This document shows positions 54,846 to 64,000 of a stretch of 64,000 nucleotides of DNA, one piece after another; the stretch's first letter is position 1, and every line of letters begins with the position of its first letter. The notes beneath the pieces were generated by a model, which was not told the DNA's origin, ran no database searches, and saw only the letters and a list, made by a program, of their open reading frames with translations. Source of the stretch: the human T2T-CHM13v2.0 reference genome, Homo sapiens; the NCBI RefSeq assembly GCF_009914755.1, contig NC_060932.1; one strand, 5' to 3'. The translations under genes were made by a program, and so were the position numbers.

Positions 54846-55539
54846 CTGTTTTCTTCAGGACATTTCCAAGACTATTGTGTTTTTTTAGTAGCTCCCTTGA
54901 CTTATAAGCCAGAGCCCTTATCTAACTTGCTCACCAATGAACTGCCAATTTCTAGATTTTCAAACCTATTATAGTATGCCTTTAAAAAGTGACATGAATA
55001 AAGAAAAAATGGAGGCCTGAAATTTACCAATACATAAACAAAATATATGAAACTTGACCTTCAAATGTGGACTATGTTTAGAGAACAAAGGTGAACCTTA
55101 CACTAGATTGAAAAAGTCTAGACCATAAATACCAGTGAAAGAGCATTATACCGTAATCAACATTTAAATGTTATTTTCAGTTTAGAATTAGATCACAGGG
55201 AATTAAATGAGAAGATTTCACTTAACATTCAACTAAAAAAATTAATACTTAAAAACAATTTTCACTGCAGGTGATGCAGACTCCAATGCTAGAACAAAAA
55301 TGTTTGGACTCGACATAATGTATGCAAAGAAATGGACCAGAAACCCTTTCCTCAAGGAGTTGATAGTCTAGTGTTTATAAGGAATGCAGAATCCAGTTAC
55401 TGGTTATGGTTTAGGTGCTTTTTTGAAATTATGTGATAGACAAACAATGTTGTACATGTTCTTTTTCTTTAAGAAATTGCTAGTTTCCATTTAAAAGCAT
55501 TTTTATTTTAACATAAGGGTGTATGTGTATATGCATATA

Positions 55540-55770
55540 TAGGTTGAGTATCCCTTATCCAAAATGTTTGGGACCAGAAGTATTTCCAATTTCAGCTTTT
55601 TCAGATTTGGGAATTTTTGCATTATCTTACTGGTTAAGCATTCCTAACCCAAAAACCTAAAATCTGAAATATCTCAGTGAGCATTTCCTTTGACTCCCCA
55701 TTTCAGCATTCAAAAAGTTTCTGATTTTGGAGCATTTTCAATTTTTGATTTTCTAATTTGGGATGCTCAG

Positions 55771-55774
<4 letters not shown>
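55540..55774. mobile_element. Tigger4/MER46 (TcMar-Tigger) MITE
   Basis: TIRs aggttgagtatccc ... gggatgctcagctctg, with TA-rich flanks. Confidence 0.8.
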
Positions 55775-55809
<35 letters not shown>

Positions 55810-56457
55810 CACACACTAGAGATAGAGATAGAGAGAGACACATGTACAGGATATAGATATATATTAGTATACAATATTTATAATATGTAAGTATATATAT
55901 ATCATATATATCCTTTATATATCTCTCCTGTATGTATGCACACCTGTGTAAATAAGTGTATATATGTACACACATATGTATATATACATATATACACACA
56001 TATGTATATATACGTATATACACACATATGTATATATACGTATATATACGCACATATGTATATATACGTATATATACGCACATATGTATATATACGTATA
56101 TATACACACTTATATATGTGTATATGTACATATATACACACACTTATATATAAGTGTATGTGTGTATATACATACACACTCAGTATATATAAGTGTGTAT
56201 GTATATCCTGTGTGTTTGTATATATATCCCATATATGTGTGTGTTTATATGTACACACACATTGTATATATAAGAATATACAGTATATATGCTGTATATA
56301 TAAGTATATTTATCCTGTGTGTATATATATATATATCCCGTGTGTGTGTGTGTATATATATATATCCTTTAAATATATATATTTAAATATCCTATAAATA
56401 TATATGTATATATATTTAAATATCCCATAAATATATATGTATATATATTTATATATC
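55775..56457. repeat. (TG)n followed by compound TA/CA-rich low-complexity repeat
   Basis: (TG)~16, (GA)-rich stretch, then units such as cacatatgtatatatacgtatatatacg and tandem atatatatttaaatatcc copies. Confidence 0.95.
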
Positions 56458-56603
56458 CTTTTCCATTTTTTTTAATGTAATCATATCAGCAAGCACCAAA
56501 GAAAATCAATAAGATTCTGGGGTGCAAAGAAATAACTCACTACCTTAAACTGTACATTCTCTTGAGATTTGACATGAGAATTGTCCAAAAACATCTAATT
56601 TTT

Positions 56604-57612
56604 TATATTAGCAAACTGTATCTGACAAAGGTCTAATATCCAGAATCTATAAGGAACTTAAACAATTCAACAAGCAAAAAAAACAAATTACCCCATTAAA
56701 ATATGGGCAAAGGACATGAACACACACTTCTCAAAAGGAGACATACGAGCGTCCAACAAATATATGAAAAAATGCTCAACATCACGAATCATTAGAGAAA
56801 TCCAAATCAAAACCTCAATGAGATACCATCTCACACTAGTCAGAATGGCCATTATAAAGACTCAAAAAATAACTGAGGGCAACTTTGTGGAGAAAAGGGA
56901 ATGCTTATACACAGTTGGTGAGAATGTAAATTTGTTTACCTGCTGTGGAAACCAGTTTGGATATTTCTCAAAGAATTTAAAACAGAACTATCATTTGACA
57001 CAGCTGTCCCATTACTAGGTATATACACAAAGGAAAATATTCCACCAAAAAGACATATGCACTTGTATGTTCATCGCAACACTACTCACAACACTACTCA
57101 CACTACTCACAACACTACTCACATAGCAAAAACATGGAATCAGCCTATGTGGCCATCAATGATGGATATGATAAACAAATGTGGTACTTATGCACCATGG
57201 AATACTATGCAGCCATAAAAAAAACAGTGAAATCATGTTCTTTACAGCAACACAAATTCAGCCAGAAGCTATTATCCTAAGCAAATTAACACAGGAACAG
57301 AAAAGCAAATACCACATGTTCTCACTTATAAGTGGAAGCTAAACACTGAGTACATATGGACATAAAGGGAACAACACATTCTGGGCACTACTGGATGGGG
57401 AAGAAGGAGAATCGGGTATGGGCTGAAAAACCACCCATTGGGTACTGTGCTCACTACCTGGGTAACAAGATCATTTGTACCCCAAACCTCAGCAACACAC
57501 AATTTACCCGTGTAACAAACCTGCACATGTACCCCCTGAACCTAAAATAAAAGTTGAAAATATTTATAATAATAAAGAAAGCATGATTTCAAAGAAAAAA
57601 ACAACATAAAAC
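56604..57612 (+). mobile_element. L1PB-type 5'-truncated element
   Basis: ORF2 C-terminal remnant ([24 protein letters not shown]); 16-bp TSD AAAACATCTAATTTTT at 56588-56603 and 57613-57628; internal acactactcac tandem expansion 57078-57123. Confidence 0.93.
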
Positions 57613-58489
57613 AAAACATCTAATTTTTCGTAAGCGATTATTTTAAAATTATCTATATAACATCTTGCCAAACTTTGAAAATAATGTTTGTGATGCTATT
57701 ATAAATATGTTTAAGGAGCTAGTATTTTTAAACATGAATTAATTGAAAAAATCACCTGCTAATCAGACAATGAGGGGAGCAGCATGCTTCATTGCACTTA
57801 TTAGCAGAGGCAAAACCCTGCTCAGTGGAAATGAGATGGCAAGTAAAATAATCATGGCAAAGCCATCTGGAAGGGTTTGCATTAATAAGGTTAGCAATAT
57901 AAAGGAAGCCACATTTGAAGGAAGCCATCTAGACAACAGAACGGACACTTTCAGGTCCGTTGTAAGAAGGCACTGCAGAAATCTAAATAGTTCTATTAAT
58001 GTCTTCCTAATATTTGACTTTATGAAACTTGGTTATTCGCTGTGTTATGTTACCATGACCATGTCATATATTAATTCAATTTCTCTCCATTTCTCTGTCC
58101 TGATCATTTCACAAATTATAGGGCTGGAAGAGAAGTTTATTTTCCGCCATTCAGCTTGACTCTGTTAGCATTACCAACTATGATGTGACATTAAGGATCA
58201 TTCCAAAGTGATACATCCATCATCTGACAGCTTTAGATATATAAAGTTTACAAAATGTACAGTGTTTATGGTCATTTAACATGAAATAAGAATAATTGAT
58301 AGTCCTTTGTGAATTGTTTTTTGATGAGCTTCCATTTCATCTTTCCTCAAATGATTCAGAATTTCCCCCCACTTCCCACTTAGCCCTTTCTTGGCTTTAT
58401 TTTTTCATCTCTAAAGAACTTGAAGATTAATATATCTTGAGACTTAAGTGATATAGGAAGAAGGGGGAGATCAGGGATATATATGAAGC

Positions 58490-58710
58490 TTTGGTTGAAT
58501 ATCAAGCACTGTGCTAGGTGCTATATTATGTCATCTAATTTCTACAACTTCTGAGGCTTGTATTACTGTCCCTATTGTATAGATCAACAAGCGGAGGCTC
58601 AAAAATATTAGGTAATGTATCCAAGTCTTGCAACTAGCAGGTGGCAGAAACAGACTTCCCCTTCAAACTTAGGTCTTCCCACTTCACATCTAGTGCTTTT
58701 CCCACTAATC
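58490..58710 (-). mobile_element. MIR SINE
   Basis: caagcactgtgctaggtgct...gaggctcaaaaatattaggtaatgtatccaagtc...ggtggcaga. Confidence 0.7.
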
Positions 58711-58814
58711 ACAAACAGGTCATCAGAATTTCCTCACTCTGGCCTTCACTTTGCTAATCTAGCATTTACCACCCAGGAAATGTCCAGGATTTGTCTCACT
58801 ATAAAATGGTCATC

Positions 58815-60137
58815 ACTTTTGAGAAGTGTCTGTTCATATCCTTTGTCCACTGTTTGATGGGGTTGTTTGATATTTTCTTGTAAATTTGTTTAAGTTCTTT
58901 GTAGATTCTGGATATTAGCCCTTTGTCAGATGGGTAGATTGCAAAATTTTTCTCCCATTCTGTAGGTTTCCTGATCACTCTGATGGTAGTTTCTTTTGCT
59001 GTGCAGAAGCTCTTTAGTTTAATTAAATCCCATTTGTGTACTTTGGCTTTTGTTGCCATTGCTTTTGGTGTTTTAGACATGAAGTCCTTGCCCATGCCTA
59101 TGTCCTGAATGGTATTGCCTAGGTTTTCTTCTAAGGTTTTTATGGTTTTGGGTCTAACATTTAAGTCTTTAATCCATCTTGAATTAATTTTTTATAAGGT
59201 GTAAGGAAGGGATCCATTTCTGCTTTCTACATACGGCTAGCCAATTTTCCCAGCACCATTTATTAAATAGGGAATCCTTTCCCCATTTCTTGTTTTTGTC
59301 AGGTTTGTCAAAGATCAGATGGTGTTCTCAAAAGAAGACATTTATGCAGCCAACAGACACATAAAAAATGCTCATCATCTCTGGCCATCAGAGAAATGCA
59401 AATCAAAACCACAATGACATACCATCTCACACCAGTTAGAATGGTGATCATTTAAAAGTCAGGAAACAACAGGTGCTGGAGAGGATGTGGAGAAGTAAGA
59501 ACACTTTTACACTGTTGGTGGGAGTGTAAACTAGTCCAGCCATTGTGGAAGACAGTGTGGCAATTCCTCAAGGATCTAGAACTAGAAATACCATTTGACC
59601 CAGCTATCCCATTACTGGGTATATACCCAAAGGATTATAAATCATGCTACTATAAAGACACACACACACGTATGTTTATTGTGGCACTATTCACAACAGC
59701 AAAGACTTGGAACCAACCCAAATGTCCATCAATGACAGACTGGATTAAGAAAATGTGGCACATATACACCATGGAATACTATGCAGCCATAAAAAAGGAT
59801 GAGTTCGTGTCCTTTGTAGGGACATGGATGAAGCTGGAAACCATCATTCTAAGCAAACTATCGCAAGGACAGAAAACCAAACACCGCATATTCTCACTCA
59901 TAGGTGGGAACTGAACAATGAGAACACATGGACACAGGGTGGGGAACATCACACACTGGGGCCTGTCGTGGAATGGGGGGAAGGGGGAAAGGATAGCATT
60001 AGGAGAAATACCTAATGTAAATGATGAGTTAATGGGTGCAGCACACCAACATGGCACATGTATACATATGTAACAAACCTGCACGTTGTGCACATGTACC
60101 CTAGAACTTAAAATATAATAATAGTAATAGTAATAAT
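58815..60137 (+). mobile_element. L1PA4/5-like element with 5' inversion (58815-59323 minus; 59325-60137 plus)
   Basis: ORF2 pieces on opposite strands ([18 protein letters not shown] on minus; [21 protein letters not shown] on plus); TSD AAATGGTCA(T)CACTT. Confidence 0.95.
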
Positions 60138-60500
60138 AAATGGTCACACTTACTTGATGACTTTATTCTTGAGAGTTTCCATTGAGCTGACTAAAGGAGG
60201 TTTAAATTTAAAAAATGCTCCCAGAAAAAAAAGGCATATGGAGAATTATTACACATAAAAATTCTCTGGTTAAGAGCTGTGATTATGAAAGAATTGTAGT
60301 AGCACCACTAAACTAAGTCTAGAACCTAGAAGAATTCAATACCTCATTGAACATCTCATCTCCCTGTTCAAACTGATTTGTATGCAGAGTGAGTAAACAT
60401 TATTTAATTTAATCCTTACTATGGACAGATGAGGGAAGTACCATGATTATCTACATTTATAAGATGATCTCAAAAACCAAGGCTTAAAATAATTAAGTGC

Positions 60501-60795
60501 AGCCAGGCGCGGTGGCTCACGCCTGTAATCCCAGCACTTTGGGAGACTGAGGCGGACGGACTGCCTGAGCTCAGGAGTTCCAGGTCAGCCTGGGCAAAAC
60601 AGTGAAACCCTGTCTCTACTTTAAAAAATACAATAAAATTAGCCGGGCGTAGCGGCGTGCGCCTGTAGTCCCAGCTACTTGGGAGGCTGAGGGAAGAGAA
60701 TCGCTTCAACCTGGAAGCAGAGTTTGCAGTGAGCTGAGATTTCGCCACTACATTCCAGTCTGGGCGACAGAGCGAGACTCCATCTCCAAAAAAAA
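60501..60795 (+). mobile_element. Alu (AluS) inside a MIR
   Basis: CpG-rich full dimer; TSD aattaagtgc/aactaagtgc. Confidence 0.95.
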
Positions 60796-60948
60796 TTAAT
60801 TAATTAATGTAATTAACTAAGTGCCTTGTCCAAGGTTGCACAGCTAAATCTCACATGTGCTGAACTATAACATTATAATCTTTCTGTTCAAGTTCTAGTC
60901 CTTTTCCCGGAATTCTTCGAACATTTCTTTTTCCATCAGCTCATTTTC

Positions 60949-61688
60949 TTTTTCTTTTTTTTTTTTTAATTTTTTATTTTTAATAAACATGGAATATTTA
61001 TTAAAAGTTAAATTAAAATGTTAGGCTTCATTTTTTTGTTTTAATTGTCAACAGCTCTACTAATATTGTGATTGACAGTATTGTCTCAGTCCTTTCCTGG
61101 GCATGTGCACAGTCCTGAGTATGTGTGTAGCCTCCTAGATTTCTTGGTTATGTTTAGCTTTGCAAAGTTCCTTATGATCATGTCAGTCCTCAGTATTTTC
61201 TTTTGTATTTTGGTCAAGTTCTTGTTCCTCCCAACAAATAAAGCCACATTAGGCAGCTGTGATGTTAAACAATTGCTGTTGATTATTTTTGGCAAAATCC
61301 TGAGAAGAGGGCTCTTCACAAACAGCGAGAGCTCCAACTAAGGTCAGATAAAGACAAAACCTGAGAATAGTGCTTTCTAACAAGCTGCCAGACACGTAAA
61401 GTAGTGACAAATCTCTGCAGACAGGACTTCTAGGGAGTTCCTACCTTATTCTGCCTCACTTAGTGGCTGCCAAACTGCTGGTTTTAATAGCTATTGCATT
61501 TGGAAGACTAGATTTCTTTTTTTAAAAAAAATTATTTAAATATCTTTTGGGGTACAAATGATTTTTCGTTACATGGATGAATTATATAGTGGTCAGTTCT
61601 GAGATTTTAGTGCACTGGAGAGGAGTTAAGGATAAAAAAACTACACATTACATTACTACATTACTACACAATGTATGCTACTCGGGTG
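60949..61688 (-). mobile_element. Short 5'-inverted L1MA-type insertion carrying a ~540-bp 3' transduction
   Basis: 17-bp perfect TSD TCCATCAGCTCATTTTC (60932-60948, 61689-61705) encloses poly-T, unrelated sequence, L1 3' end on minus (61517-61615) and an inverted L1 piece (61616-61688). Confidence 0.8.
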
Positions 61689-63157
61689 TCCATCAGCTCA
61701 TTTTCACACTGTCGTTCCCTGGCAGTCCCTCACCACACTTTGCTTAATGGCAATAAACCCTTTTACCAACTCCATTTACTTAATTTCTGTCTCCTGTTCT
61801 TAGATCTTCCCTTGGACTGCTCAGTGATTCCACAGAATGTTTTCTCCGGCAGTACTGTCTAATTGAAGAGCTCCTTAAATCCTTCCCTTCCATAAACATT
61901 TTCCAGGCACATGATAGGAAAAGAAACATTTTACCTATTTAATGTAATGTACACATTTTTATTCATAAACATTCTCATACAAATAGCCAGACAAAACGAC
62001 AGTTAGGTCTTTGTATATTAATCTAAGACTCTTTCATATTTGAACACTTTATTAACTTTGTTACTTTTGAGTTAAAATCTTCTCAAAGCTGGTAATTGTG
62101 TCTGATAAGGCAAATTTGGTAGAAAGCCCATCACAGGGCCCCTCATATGTGGATAATTGATGAATAAATATGCCAAATGGCAAACTACAGCACATAAATC
62201 TGAGAGGTGGAGTCCTAATGACATTGATTTATTCATTAAACAAGCATCATTTGGCACTTATTATGTTTAAGAGCTTGTGCTAAGTGTTCATGTGCTCAAA
62301 GTGGAGAATTAATTAATATCACCCGATTTATTTGCTCTAGTTCTTCTCTAAGTTGAGTGTGATTGCAGATATCAGGTACCTTCTCTATTCCTCAGTTTCT
62401 TATTTTATAATGAGGGATTTGGTGATTCCCAAGGTCCCTTGCAGTTCTGTAGGCTCATGATTCAATGTGGTTATGTCATTTCCTAAATTGAGAAGTCATA
62501 TCTCTTAACTTTCCAAATTAGATATGGCTTAATTAACATAGTTACATAACTGAAAGAAAATTTTAAAAATGATACATGAATGACAATTACTATCTTGGAT
62601 GTACTATGGGTTTCTCTCAGCAATATTTTAAGTATAGATGAATCATAAACATGAGGATTATATTTCTCCTAAAATAAACATGGCTAAAATCTCAGATGAT
62701 ATTTTCTTGGCAAAATGCACTTCAGATTTTATTGAACTAAATACATTTGAAAATCAGATGCTACACTAAGAATACGATATTCATTCAATATTCATACCTT
62801 TGAAATGAAGTAAATTAAGACAATTTGTTGGGTATTTCAGGCTGAAAAGCTTACTGCTTTTATTCCCGTGATATTAAAATAAAAGTAAATTGGGGACTTA
62901 GTCCATTTTAAGGCCCAAACCACAAAGGCCTTACTACTCCTCACATCTATTGCATGGGTTTCTTTGCCCACAGTTAAACAAATTCCTCTATACCTTTTGC
63001 CTCTCTACTGACCATTTCTTTCAGACTGGCTTCACTGAACACTGACTCTTTCCATAAATTCTCAAGGTCCTCTGAAGAGTAGGTGTTCTTTCTCCCACAC
63101 ATCATATAGTTCAGAGTTTCCAAATTATATTCAGCTCATGACTCCTTATCTTCATAT

Positions 63158-63211
63158 AAATGAATGAATGAATGAATGAATGAATAAATAAATAAATAAA
63201 TAAATAAATAA
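63158..63211. repeat. (TGAA)n(TAAA)n microsatellite
   Basis: aatgaatgaatgaatgaatgaatgaataaataaataaataaataaataaataa. Confidence 0.95.
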
Positions 63212-64000
63212 GTTTCCTTGAAGCTTCTTGCCAGTTGGCTAAACATTCTTTTACCTATTCTTGACACTATCTCCTATCATCCTCCTGGTCACTTCTCCCA
63301 ATTCAGTATAACTTTTGGCACCTGCTTCAAATCATTTATTTCCTGCTACTCCAAGTAATATCAACTATTATTGTGTTCCTCTAACCCTGAACACAATAAT
63401 ATTGAACTTGTTATCTTCTCCTTTCCTTTACTTATTATCCTTCTCATGTATCTACCCAGAAATCTTCCACTTCTGAAATTAAAAATTCCTTCAGTGTACT
63501 GTGGAACCACAGCTTTCTACTCTTCCCACAAATTTCTCCAATTTCCTTAGACTCCAAATCACAGATCTTTCTACTTTCTACTCTATTAATCACTGCTTTC
63601 TTTTTTCTCCATTACATCTATGATACATTGCTTCAAAACTTCTTCCTTGACACTGTCCTTGGAAACACCTCTATCCTGAATGAAGTCAACTAGCCTGTGA
63701 ATACTGTTTAGGAAATCACACAGCTGGTCATTGAACCAATGGTTAAGCTCTCTCTTCCATTCTTGAACTGTTAACAAAAAGAGAAGCAATTGAGTCTCAT
63801 GGTAATATCAACCACTCGTTCTTCAAGTCATTCTTCCCTTATAACTCAACTCTCAATCTGTTTTCTCAACAGATAAAATATGTCAGAGAGGCACTTTGTT
63901 AACTTTTATACAAAGGGTGGAAAATGAGACCAGATGATCCTTTTAAACTTCATATCCTTAGAGTAGAAACTCTCTCTCTTCTATAGAGAGTTGAAGAGTA

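Noticed and set aside
55690-56397. Similar Y/I/C/V-rich ORFs
   Set aside because: Same artefact of the TA/CA/TG repeat.
57743-58159. 138-aa ORF
   Set aside because: Starts at a non-ATG codon, no recognisable domain or splice context; such lengths arise by chance in 64 kb.
58634-58647. CTCF-like CTAGCAGGTGGCAG in a MIR
   Set aside because: Mismatch at the highly conserved second C, and it is close to ordinary MIR consensus sequence.
50886-59914. L1 ORF2 peptide fragments as functional genes
   Set aside because: 5'-truncated, frameshifted remnants with no ORF1, endonuclease or complete RT.

Overview
Primate, almost certainly human, genomic DNA from the ANGPT1 (angiopoietin-1) locus. The only real protein-coding sequence is ANGPT1 exon 1 on the minus strand (ATG 1204 to donor at 908), with the start of intron 1 to its left and the 5'UTR/promoter at about 1205-1800. 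The other ~62 kb is upstream intergenic DNA rich in transposable elements (Alu/FLAM, L1, L2, MIR, MaLR and ERV1 LTRs, hAT and Tigger DNA transposons) and simple repeats, including a ~1.3-kb alternating purine-pyrimidine tract that produces the spurious long Y/I/V/M/C ORFs. I found no CRISPR array, RNA gene or new protein-coding system. The most interesting structures are: an old 5'-inverted L1 with a ~540-bp 3' transduction inside a perfect 17-bp TSD (60932-61705); an in-frame alternative donor 159 nt into ANGPT1 intron 1; four uORFs in the ANGPT1 leader; a five-element nested TE cluster at 13-17 kb; template-switch scars (a 20-bp ectopic copy plus hairpin, an 18-bp perfect palindrome); and a strong CTCF-like motif near 36.09 kb. 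Repeat subfamily names come from my recall of consensus sequences and need RepeatMasker/Dfam confirmation. Boundaries of old repeats are approximate.
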